This document shows positions 20,174-28,679 of a stretch of DNA of 64,000 nt, in pieces. Location of the stretch: NCBI GenBank assembly GCA_964496425.1, contig CAZBZO010000005.1:10015-74014 (forward strand), read 5' to 3'. Below the pieces are notes generated by a model. That model was not told where the DNA came from and did not search any database. It saw only the letters and a program-made list of their open reading frames with translations. A program made the position numbers and the translations under genes. Position 1 is the first letter of the stretch. Each line of letters opens with the position of its first letter. Source of the stretch: an uncultured Candidatus Saccharibacteria bacterium. GTDB lineage: Bacteria > Patescibacteriota > Minisyncoccia > Phycocordibacterales > UBA9973.

Positions 20174-20628
20174 TAAACTCTAAAAACTAAACTCTAAGCT
20201 CTAAATAAGTTCAAATGATAGAAGATCAAAACACGCAAAAGAAATACGATCTTGATGAGCGAACTTTTATTTTTGCGAAAGATGTGAGAGAGTTTGCTAG
20301 AACATTACCAAGAGATATATATGTTATAGATGACATAAAACAGTTTATTCGATCCTCAGGATCAGTCGGGGCAAATTATATTGAAGCAAGCGAAGCATTC
20401 AGTAAGAAAGATTTTTTAATGAGAATAAAAATTTGTCGAAAAGAAGCAAAAGAAACTTGTTATTGGCTGAAACTCCTAGAGATCACAGATGCTTCACTTT
20501 CGAATAATCGTGATAGATTATTACAAGAAGCAACTGAGCTTATGAAAATTTTTGGTTCAATCGTTTCAAAAAGTTGAGTTTTGAATTTAGTATTTATTAG
20601 GGTGTAGAGTTTAGTATTTAGAGCTTAT
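20173..20628. mobile_element. Inverted-repeat-flanked four-helix-bundle cassette
   Basis: 20173-20196 ATAAACTCTAAAAACTAAACTCTA matches the reverse complement of 20605-20628 at 22/24. Confidence 0.65.
20215..20577 (+). CDS. Four helix bundle protein (23S rRNA IVS/S23-like family)
   Basis: YDLDERTF.FAK, QFIRSSGSVGANYIEA and RKEAKETCYWL motifs. Confidence 0.9.
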   Translation: MIEDQNTQKKYDLDERTFIFAKDVREFARTLPRDIYVIDDIKQFIRSSGSVGANYIEASEAFSKKDFLMRIKICRKEAKETCYWLKLLEITDASLSNNRDRLLQEATELMKIFGSIVSKS

Positions 20629-20635
20629 AAAATTT

Positions 20636-21580
20636 ATGTCAAAAATTCTTATTATGGGCGCGTGCGGACAAATCGGAGTCGAGCTCACACTTGCACTTCG
20701 AAAAATTCACGGCGGTGAAAATGTGTTAGCTATCGATATTCGCGAAGAGCATCCGCTCTTGGTAGGCACTGGACCGTATGGCAAACTCGATGCCATGGAT
20801 GCCGAAGCGACACGTGCGCTCGTAAAAAAAGAAGGCATTACCGAAATATATCTCCTCGCTGCGCTGCTTTCTGCGACAGGGGAGAAAGACCCGAAGCTTG
20901 CGTGGGATCTCAATATGGGAAGTTTGCGACAAATCCTTGAGCTCGGGGTGGAAGAAAAATTGAAAATATTCTGGCCAAGTTCCATCGCTATTTTTGGTCC
21001 CACAACGCCGCGCGACAATACTCCACAGAAAACTATTATTGAACCATCGACCATGTACGGTATCACTAAGTACGCTGGTGAGCTTTTGTGTCAGTATTAC
21101 AATCGGCGTTGGGGACTTGATGTGCGAAGCGTGCGATACCCAGGGCTTATCAGCTGGAAAACTCCACCAGGCGGCGGCACGACCGACTATGCTGTGGAAA
21201 TATTTTACGAAGCCATCCAAAATGGAAAATACAGTTGTTTCCTTTCAGAAAATACCTATCTACCGATGATGTATATGGATGATGCCATCCGGGCGACGAT
21301 CGAGCTTATGCAAGCACCGGCGGAAAAGATACACACACATATGTCCTACAATCTCTCTGCGATTAGCTTTTCACCGAAAGAGGTAGCTCTGGAAATAAAA
21401 AAAGATATTCCAAATTTTGAAATATCGTATGCGCCCGACCATCGCCAAGCTATTGCCGACTCTTGGCCTGCGTCAATCGATGACAGTGTGGCGCGCGCCG
21501 AATGGGGCTGGAAGCCGGAGTACGATCTTCCAAAAATGACCGCGGATATGCTCGCGCATTTGAAAGAAAAATTAAGATAA
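20636..21580 (+). CDS. tdh: L-threonine 3-dehydrogenase (SDR/epimerase type)
   Basis: GACGQIG, LSATGE, PSSIA, YGITK and PGGGTTDYAV motifs. kbl lies nearby. Confidence 0.88.
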   Translation: MSKILIMGACGQIGVELTLALRKIHGGENVLAIDIREEHPLLVGTGPYGKLDAMDAEATRALVKKEGITEIYLLAALLSATGEKDPKLAWDLNMGSLRQILELGVEEKLKIFWPSSIAIFGPTTPRDNTPQKTIIEPSTMYGITKYAGELLCQYYNRRWGLDVRSVRYPGLISWKTPPGGGTTDYAVEIFYEAIQNGKYSCFLSENTYLPMMYMDDAIRATIELMQAPAEKIHTHMSYNLSAISFSPKEVALEIKKDIPNFEISYAPDHRQAIADSWPASIDDSVARAEWGWKPEYDLPKMTADMLAHLKEKLR

Positions 21581-21592
21581 CTATTTTAATTG

Positions 21593-21627
21593 AAAAAGAG
21601 CAATCGATTTTGTTGATTGCTCTTTTT
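21593..21627. terminator. Bidirectional terminator
   Basis: AAAAAGAGCAATC ... GATTGCTCTTTTT. Confidence 0.8.
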
Positions 21628-21645
21628 ATTACTTTTGCTTTTTAT

Positions 21646-22035
21646 TCATACTCCGGATAAATGCCCTTCCATAAAATCATGTTGGATCTCTTCTGCGAAA
21701 CTTATTTTTCCAAAACCGGATCGGCTGCTTAAGCTTGCATAAAAATACAGAGGTTCATTAAGCACTATTATTTGTTCTCTGAAAATAATTTCTTTGCACT
21801 TCCCAGTAAAAATCATTGTGAAGTGCTCCTTCTTCGACCAAGTCGAATTTTGTGTAAAAATTTTTAAAGTGATTTCCTGGGAGAGGGTAAGATCAAAAAT
21901 TTGATCACCGCCCACATACTGGAAACCACGTTGGAGTTCCTGTAGGCTTTCACGAGTGTTGGTGTGTGCGAAATCCATGATAATTGTTTTTACAGCAGCT
22001 CCGAGAGCCTGATGAATGCTGAGTAAGTCTTTCAT
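21646..22035 (-). CDS. AT-rich orphan protein
   Basis: 129-aa ORF with promoter TTGACT-17-TATTAT at 22065-22093. Confidence 0.65.
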   Translation of the reverse strand: MKDLLSIHQALGAAVKTIIMDFAHTNTRESLQELQRGFQYVGGDQIFDLTLSQEITLKIFTQNSTWSKKEHFTMIFTGKCKEIIFREQIIVLNEPLYFYASLSSRSGFGKISFAEEIQHDFMEGHLSGV

Positions 22036-22112
22036 AGTGGAGTAGTTTTTAAATTGTTTATATTATAATAACACTAAAATTTATTATAGTCAAATTTGAT
22101 ATAAAAAAATAT

Positions 22113-22136
22113 GCCCACCGGTTGATTCCAGTGGGC
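22113..22136 (-). terminator. Intrinsic terminator
   Basis: GCCCAC..GTGGGC stem. The G-U pair and T-tract work only on the minus strand. Confidence 0.7.
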
Positions 22137-22155
22137 GGTTGCAAAATAAGATTTA

Positions 22156-22749
22156 TCATGCGGTATTTTTGATTGCTGAAAGATTTTTTTTCTTGTCTGG
22201 AAAGAATGATTCCTTACTGAAAACCTTGCTGGCATTTGTGCCTGGTTTTGTGACAGTAATTTCTTTTCCCCCATCACTGATTTTGTTACTGATTTTGCAA
22301 GAATAACCAAGTTTCTTGAGTCCTTCTTCAAAAGCCGTAAGAGCGTTTTCATTGCCAATACATTTTTTTTCCAGCTCATTAATTGTAGTCCAAAAATCTT
22401 TTTGTGGTGTAACAGAATCTGGTTTCGTAATCGGTGGATCAATATTTACAGGCAGTGCTTGCTCAAGAGATGGTTGAGCTAATGCGGTAACTTTCTTCAG
22501 CTCGGAAAATCGTTTTACGACTTCTTCCACGACGGTATCCAGACGAGTACCCAGTTGCTCCCAATCTTTTGGGTTTTTTATCTTAAAACAATAAAGGTAA
22601 ATTGCCCCGGCAACTATAAATATGAGGCCCATTCCCATAAAGTCCATGTAATGGAGAAATAAGCCGGTGAATGAAGCTATTAGACCAATAATCATTATGA
22701 CTACGGGTACTACGGTAAAGATGAGCAAATCAAGTTTGTTTTTCTTCAT
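22156..22749 (-). CDS. AT-rich orphan, 2 TM helices plus soluble tail
   Basis: 197-aa ORF with promoter TTGACT-17-TATTGT at 22784-22812. Confidence 0.7.
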   Translation of the reverse strand: MKKNKLDLLIFTVVPVVIMIIGLIASFTGLFLHYMDFMGMGLIFIVAGAIYLYCFKIKNPKDWEQLGTRLDTVVEEVVKRFSELKKVTALAQPSLEQALPVNIDPPITKPDSVTPQKDFWTTINELEKKCIGNENALTAFEEGLKKLGYSCKISNKISDGGKEITVTKPGTNASKVFSKESFFPDKKKNLSAIKNTA

Positions 22750-22868
22750 ATGTTCGGATTTTGAAAGGTTTAGAATTTTGCTTACAATACCAACAATTTA
22801 CGTTATAGTCAAATTTTTTTTGAGATTGCAAGTACCTATTAAAAAGAAAGGTGAGTTTAAAAAAAATT

Positions 22869-22893
22869 AGCCCGACGGTTGATCCGACGGGCT
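22869..22893. terminator. Intrinsic terminator
   Basis: AGCCCG-a-CGG-ttgat-CCG-a-CGGGCT with flanking A/T tracts. Confidence 0.7.
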
Positions 22894-22921
22894 TTTTCAT
22901 ATAAATACCTTTTGATTTACT

Positions 22922-23413
22922 TTACTGAAGATTTGCAAAGACCTCTTTTGCCCGGGTAAAATAAGATTCGGGTAGTGTTTTACTTTTACCCCAAATATCT
23001 TTTCCGTATGACCAATATAAGCCAGTGAACCTGTCTTCATCAACGGTTATCAACTTTCCGGTCTGGTCAACGATGTATGTACAGATCTTTTCATTTCTGT
23101 CATTGTATTCGTGAATAAATAATAACTTGTGCTTTCGGAAGCCTTTTGTATATTTCTCTACATACATCTGAAAAGCAACATGACAATCCTCACTGATCTG
23201 GATATAGTTGACCTTTATACGGAAGCGTTTGTCACCATAGATTTTCGTTACATACTGCACTTTTTGGCCTGATCCGCAGTTGCAGATATTATTGTTCTGG
23301 AATTGCTTTATTATTTTGCAGACCTGGTCTGCTGTGGTGATTTGGAAGCTTTCCTGTGCAACAACTACGTGAGAGACGAGGGTCGCAAAAAAGACTATAA
23401 ATAACTTTTTCAT
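22922..23413 (-). CDS. Secreted orphan protein
   Basis: Signal peptide MKKLFIVFFATLVSHVVVA-Q (start moved). TTGACA at 23470-23475. Confidence 0.7.
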   Translation of the reverse strand: MKKLFIVFFATLVSHVVVAQESFQITTADQVCKIIKQFQNNNICNCGSGQKVQYVTKIYGDKRFRIKVNYIQISEDCHVAFQMYVEKYTKGFRKHKLLFIHEYNDRNEKICTYIVDQTGKLITVDEDRFTGLYWSYGKDIWGKSKTLPESYFTRAKEVFANLQ

Positions 23414-23516
23414 TTTCAAGGAGGGCATTTGAGACACCTCGGGAGAATTTAATCATAAAATTTGTTTACTGTCAAGGCATTTCGATTTAAACTTTATTCT
23501 GTTAAAGTTAGCACAT

Positions 23517-24740
23517 ATGTATTCGTCTGAATTTATTAAGAATATTGAAAAAGAGCTTGAAGCTTTGAAGCAAGCAGGGAAGCTCAAGGTAGAGAGGGAG
23601 CTTGCAAGTGCGCAGGGGCCGGAGGTGGAGCTTGCTGGAAAACCTGTGCTTATGTTTGCTTCAAATAATTATCTTGGTTTGGGAAACCATCCAGAAATCC
23701 TTGCGGCAGCTGAAAAGGGAATGAAAGAATATGGCTACGGTTTAAGCTCGGTGCGCTTTCTTTCTGGCACCCAGACGATTCACCGACAGCTTGAGCAAAA
23801 GCTCGCCGCGTTTCTCGGTACCGAAGATGTGATACTCTACTCGACCAATTTCATGGCCAACCTCGGCTTCTTTGCGAGCATCGTAAATGAAGGAATGGGA
23901 AGCACAGAGTGGAAAGATGTGATCTACAGTGACGAGCTCAATCATGCGTCCATCATCGATGCCTTCAAACTTTGTAAAAAAGAAAATCTTGAGAAACGGA
24001 TTTACAAACACGGAAATCTCGAGGAACTTGAGAATTTTTTGAAAGCAGATGAAGCTAGTAATTATAGAAATAAAATTATTGTGACTGATGGTATTTTTAG
24101 TATGGAGGGAAGTATGGCTGATCTGCCAAAGCTTGTAGAGCTCGCGGAAAAATATCAAGCACTTCTATTTGTCGACGACGCACACGCTGTCGGCGTGCTC
24201 GGAGCAACCGGTGCTGGTACTCCCGAGCGTCTCGGAGTGAAGGGAAAAATTGATGTGTATTCGGGTACCTTCGGCAAAGCGCTCGGTGGGGCAGTCGGTG
24301 GCTATATTGCCGGGAAAAAATCTCTCACTGAATTTCTCCGCCAAAAATCCCGCACCTATATGTTTTCAAATACCGTGCCGCCATCTGTTGTCATTGCTTC
24401 TATGAAAGCGCTCGACATGCTCCGCGAAAAACCAGAATTACTCAAGAATCTGAAAGATAACAGTGCGTATTTTCGAGAAAAAGTTGCAGCGCTCGGATTT
24501 ACTCTGATCCCAGGCGAGCATGCCATTGTGCCTATCATGCTCGGTGATGCCAAAGTGGCACAGGATATGAGCCGAGCATTACTTGCCGAGGGACTCTATG
24601 TGGTGGGACTATGGTTTCCGGTGGTCCCAGAAGGATCGGCACGCCTTCGCTTCCAAATATCTGCTGCGCATACCAAAGAGCATCTTGATCGTGCGATCTC
24701 TATACTTGGAAAAATCGGAAAGGAAATGAAAATTATTTAG
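23517..24740 (+). CDS. kbl: Glycine C-acetyltransferase (2-amino-3-ketobutyrate CoA ligase)
   Basis: SNNYLGL, SVRFLSGTQ, SDELNHASIID, PLP-lysine GTFGKALGG and ARLRFQISAAH. Confidence 0.92.
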   Translation: MYSSEFIKNIEKELEALKQAGKLKVERELASAQGPEVELAGKPVLMFASNNYLGLGNHPEILAAAEKGMKEYGYGLSSVRFLSGTQTIHRQLEQKLAAFLGTEDVILYSTNFMANLGFFASIVNEGMGSTEWKDVIYSDELNHASIIDAFKLCKKENLEKRIYKHGNLEELENFLKADEASNYRNKIIVTDGIFSMEGSMADLPKLVELAEKYQALLFVDDAHAVGVLGATGAGTPERLGVKGKIDVYSGTFGKALGGAVGGYIAGKKSLTEFLRQKSRTYMFSNTVPPSVVIASMKALDMLREKPELLKNLKDNSAYFREKVAALGFTLIPGEHAIVPIMLGDAKVAQDMSRALLAEGLYVVGLWFPVVPEGSARLRFQISAAHTKEHLDRAISILGKIGKEMKII

Positions 24741-24746
24741 CATTCT

Positions 24747-24776
24747 CTATTTACTATTTACTACTAACTATTTACT
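24747..24776 (-). repeat. Right arm of the 30-bp long-range inverted repeat
   Basis: CTATTTACTATTTACTACTAACTATTTACT directly abuts the purK ATG. Confidence 0.8.
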
Positions 24777-25901
24777 ATGCAAAAAATCGGCATTGTCGGC
24801 GGAGGACAACTTGGGCGTATGCTTGTTGAAGCTGCAGATCAGCTTCACTTTGAGACGATTGTCCTTGATCCGACACCACGCGCTCCTGCTGGGCAGGTTG
24901 CAACCGAGCAGATCATAAAAAGTTTCAAAGATCCTGAAGCGATTCGTGAGCTCGCCGATCGCGTGGATTTTCTGACCTTTGAAATTGAGCAAGTGCATGC
25001 CGAAGTGCTGGAAGAGATTGCAAATGATGGCAAGCCGGTCAATCCATCGCCTTCCACATTGAAAATAATCAAAGACAAATTTGAACAGAAAGCGTTTTTG
25101 CAAAACGCTGATATTCCGGTGACAGATTTTGCATTGATCGAAACCAAGCACGATGTCTGGGAGCAAGCCAAAATCTTCGGCTACCCATTTCTTTTGAAAG
25201 CTCGTTTTGATGCCTACGATGGTCGCGGCAATGCGCTCATCAAAAGCGAAGACCAAATCGATTTTGCGTACGAGCATCTTTCCAAAAGCCCACTCTATGT
25301 TGAGCGGTTTGTACCGTTTGTCAAAGAGCTCTCGGCGGTGGTGGTGCGCGGAATGGACGGCGATATAAGATCATATCCGATCGTTGAGACGATTCATCGC
25401 AACAACATTTGCCATGAAGTCTTTGCGCCTGCACCTGTGGCAGAAGATGTGCGTGAGCGTGCTGAAGCACTTGGTCGCCAAACTCTGGAGCATTTGGGTG
25501 GAGTAGGAGTGTATGCGATAGAAATGTTTCTCACAGAAAATGGAAAAATCTTGGTCAATGAAATCGCGCCGCGCGTCCACAACTCGGGCCATCATACGAT
25601 TGAAGCCTGCGCCACGAGCCAATTTGAAAATCATATCCGTGCTATCACAAGCATGCCGCTTGGGAGTACTGATATGATAGTACCGAGGGCGGTGATGGTG
25701 AATATTTTGGGGGATCGGAGTGGGGAAGTAAAGCCTGAAGGTATAGAAGAGGCCGAAGCTTTGGGTGGAGTGGCAGTGCACATGTATGGTAAGATGGAAA
25801 CGCGACCGGAGCGGAAAATGGGGCATATTACAGCTATTGGGAGTACTCTCGAAGAAGTTCAAGCCAAGGCGCGGAAGGCGAGGAGTTTGATTACAATTTA
25901 G
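24777..25901 (+). CDS. purK: N5-CAIR synthetase
   Basis: GGGQLGRM, YDGRGN, NEIAPRVHNSGH and RKMGH motifs. Confidence 0.97.
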   Translation: MQKIGIVGGGQLGRMLVEAADQLHFETIVLDPTPRAPAGQVATEQIIKSFKDPEAIRELADRVDFLTFEIEQVHAEVLEEIANDGKPVNPSPSTLKIIKDKFEQKAFLQNADIPVTDFALIETKHDVWEQAKIFGYPFLLKARFDAYDGRGNALIKSEDQIDFAYEHLSKSPLYVERFVPFVKELSAVVVRGMDGDIRSYPIVETIHRNNICHEVFAPAPVAEDVRERAEALGRQTLEHLGGVGVYAIEMFLTENGKILVNEIAPRVHNSGHHTIEACATSQFENHIRAITSMPLGSTDMIVPRAVMVNILGDRSGEVKPEGIEEAEALGGVAVHMYGKMETRPERKMGHITAIGSTLEEVQAKARKARSLITI

Positions 25902-25911
25902 TTTATTTTTT

Positions 25912-26035
25912 GGTACTTATCTTTGTGAGTCGCATAAATTTCTGCTGAAATTTTGCTCCCTCTCGACTCGTCGGGCCTATCGGTATTGATAGGCACCTGT
26001 AGACGGCCTGCAAGAGACTCCCAAAGACAAGTACC
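25912..26035. repeat. Structured intergenic element, copy B
   Basis: 20-bp terminal inverted repeat (18/20), shared core CATAAATTTCTGCTGAAATTTTGCTCC and inner hairpin GCCTATC/GATAGGC. Confidence 0.75.
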
Positions 26036-26053
26036 CAGAGTGTAAAGATTCAA

Positions 26054-26578
26054 ATGCAAAAAAAACCAATTGTGGGAATAATTATGGGTTCGGATTCGGA
26101 TTTACCGGTCATGCAGGAAGCAGCGGACATGCTCGAGAGTTTTGGTGTGCCGTATGAGATCACGGTGGTCTCCGCACACAGAACGCCAGATCGTTTGTTT
26201 GCATACGCAGTGAGCGCGAGCAAGCGCGGGATGAAAATTATTATTGCTGGTGCGGGTGGTGCTGCGCATTTGGCCGGTATGACCGCGAGTATGACGACGC
26301 TGCCAGTCATCGGTGTGCCCGTCAAAACCAAAACCATGGACGGGCTTGATTCGCTTCTTTCTATCGCTCAAATGCCGCCAGGGATACCTGTGGCGACTGT
26401 GGCGATTAATGGTGCCAAAAATGCTGGACTCCTTGCTGTGGAGATCTTGGCACTCGTGGATGTAAAACTTTCTACGAAACTTAGTAGTTATCGCGACCGC
26501 ATGAATGAAGAAGTAAAAGCAAAGGCTGAGAAATTAAAAAAGATAGGTGGCAAGAAATATTTGCAATCGAAAAAGTAA
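26054..26578 (+). CDS. purE: N5-CAIR mutase
   Basis: IMGSDSD, SAHRTP, AGGAAHL and [11 protein letters not shown] motifs. Confidence 0.98.
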   Translation: MQKKPIVGIIMGSDSDLPVMQEAADMLESFGVPYEITVVSAHRTPDRLFAYAVSASKRGMKIIIAGAGGAAHLAGMTASMTTLPVIGVPVKTKTMDGLDSLLSIAQMPPGIPVATVAINGAKNAGLLAVEILALVDVKLSTKLSSYRDRMNEEVKAKAEKLKKIGGKKYLQSKK

Positions 26579-27693
26579 TGAACGAATACGCCAAAGCTGG
26601 AGTGGACTATAGTGTACTTGAGCCGTTTAAAGAACGGATGATTGCTGCGGGTAAGAAGACAACGACATTTCCAAATAAGCGCGACGTCTATATCAACCAA
26701 GACGTCATGCATTCGCACGGCGCTATTTTCGAATACCGCGGCACCGCGTCGCATATCTGGTGCAACACCCAAGAAGGCTTGGGCAATAAAAACTGGATCG
26801 CCGAGTGGATGTACATGCATGACGGCACTGGCCGGACGCACTACGATACGATGGCGATCGATACCGCACTCATGGCCGTGAACGATGTTATCGCTCAAGG
26901 CGCCATGCCTGTGGTCTTTACAGATGAAGTGGCAGTCGGAGATAGTGCGTGGTTTGCAGACACAAAGCGCGCGGAGGATCTCGCGCGCGGATTTCTCTCA
27001 ATATGCCAAGAAGTTGGTATGGCGCTTCCGGCCGGTGAGACACCAGCACTTAAGTATTTACTCAAGTCCGAAGCACCGATCGCGGCTGCGCCATCACTCT
27101 CTGGTTGTGTGACTGGAATCATTGCGCCAAAAGATCGCCTCATCACAGGTCGCGATCTTTCTGTCGGCGATCATATCATCGGTGTGGCTTCAAGCGGACT
27201 TCATGCTAATGGCGTGTCGCTTGTCATCAAGAAAGCACTTGAGCTTCCCGATAAATTTTTGACCAAACTCCCCGGAGGCACCACACTCGGCGATGAAGCG
27301 TTGATCCCGACACGTTCATACGTAGCGCTTATTGAAGCGCTCCTTGAAGCACAAGTAAAAATCAGCGCGCTTTTGCCAGGCACCGGAAGCGGTGTGGCAA
27401 AAATCGCGTTTGATAAACGACCAATGTCATACCGTATTCATTCATGGCTTTCAGTGCCCCCACTTTTTCAATATTTTAGAAATGGAATCGGCCTTGATCT
27501 TGAAACCTGTCTTCGGACATTTAACTGGGGTGTGGGCTACTATATTTTTGCACCAGCATCGGAAGTGGACCGTATAATAAAAATCGGCGAACAGTGTGGA
27601 TACACGCTCGCCGATATTGGTGTGGTTGAGGCCGGAGATCGAAAAGTGATCTTCGAGCCGGAAAATATTACACTGGCACCACCTGGAGAATAG
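26578..27693 (+). CDS. purM: AIR synthetase (divergent PurM)
   Basis: YAKAGVD, AMAVND-like ALMAVND, GET, SSGLHANG and RTFNWGVG motifs, plus its position in the operon. Confidence 0.85.
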   Translation: MNEYAKAGVDYSVLEPFKERMIAAGKKTTTFPNKRDVYINQDVMHSHGAIFEYRGTASHIWCNTQEGLGNKNWIAEWMYMHDGTGRTHYDTMAIDTALMAVNDVIAQGAMPVVFTDEVAVGDSAWFADTKRAEDLARGFLSICQEVGMALPAGETPALKYLLKSEAPIAAAPSLSGCVTGIIAPKDRLITGRDLSVGDHIIGVASSGLHANGVSLVIKKALELPDKFLTKLPGGTTLGDEALIPTRSYVALIEALLEAQVKISALLPGTGSGVAKIAFDKRPMSYRIHSWLSVPPLFQYFRNGIGLDLETCLRTFNWGVGYYIFAPASEVDRIIKIGEQCGYTLADIGVVEAGDRKVIFEPENITLAPPGE

Positions 27694-27707
27694 TGTATTA
27701 TTGACCT

Positions 27708-28679
27708 ATGATCCCAAAAGAAACACTCGAGGCTCATGTGGATTACACGCTCGCGGAGACTCATTTTGACGGCTTAGGTGAGCGACGGCAGGGGAAAGTA
27801 CGGGATATCTATACCGAGCCAGATAAGCTCATTTTGGTCGCTACTGACCGCTATAGTGCCTTTGACCGCAACCTTGCTCTTGTGCCTTTTAAAGGTGCTA
27901 TGCTTACCGCTATTAGCCATTTTTGGTTTGAACAAACTGAAGATATCATTTCCAACCATCTCATGGCCTATCCCGATCCCAACGTTGTGGTTGCCAAAAA
28001 GTGCTCGGTGGTGCCGATCGAAGTGGTAGTGCGCGGCTATATTACTGGTGTGACCGGGACGGCACTTTGGACTTTGTATCAAAAAGGCGAGCGCGACTTT
28101 GGCGGCTTTGTATTGCCAGAAGGTATGAAGAAAAATCAAAAGCTCGAAACACCATTACTCACACCGACCACCAAGTCCGACGAACATGACCGACCGATCA
28201 CTGAACGTGAGATCGTGGAAGAAGGCATCGTGCGTGAAGATTTGTGGAAAGAGATACGCACCACAGCGCTTGCACTGTTTGCTCGCGGGCAGGAAATTGC
28301 TGCGGAAAAAGGATTGATACTTGTTGATACGAAATATGAATTCGGTATCGATGAGCGTGGCAAGCTCGTTTTGATTGACGAGATCCACACACCGGACTCG
28401 TCGCGATATTGGAAAAGTGGTAGCTATGAAGAACGTTTCGCAAATGGCGAGGAGCCTGAGTATTTTGATAAAGAATTTTTGCGTCTCTGGTTTAAGGCCA
28501 ACTCTGATCCCTACAACGACGTCGTCTTGCCAGAAGCGCCAAAAGAAATGGTAGCTGAACTTTCTCGGCGATATATTGAAATATATGAAATGATTACTGG
28601 GAAAATATTTGAAGCGGATTTTAATGAAAATATACAAGAACGTATTTTAAAAAATATCAAACCATATGCAATCAATTGA
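27708..28679 (+). CDS. purC: SAICAR synthetase
   Basis: GKVRDIY, TDRYSAFD, DTKYEFG and DEIHTPDSSRYW motifs. Confidence 0.97.
   Translation: MIPKETLEAHVDYTLAETHFDGLGERRQGKVRDIYTEPDKLILVATDRYSAFDRNLALVPFKGAMLTAISHFWFEQTEDIISNHLMAYPDPNVVVAKKCSVVPIEVVVRGYITGVTGTALWTLYQKGERDFGGFVLPEGMKKNQKLETPLLTPTTKSDEHDRPITEREIVEEGIVREDLWKEIRTTALALFARGQEIAAEKGLILVDTKYEFGIDERGKLVLIDEIHTPDSSRYWKSGSYEERFANGEEPEYFDKEFLRLWFKANSDPYNDVVLPEAPKEMVAELSRRYIEIYEMITGKIFEADFNENIQERILKNIKPYAIN

Noticed and set aside
20215-20577. Avd of a diversity-generating retroelement
   Set aside because: No reverse transcriptase and no TR/VR pair with adenine-specific differences was seen in the window.
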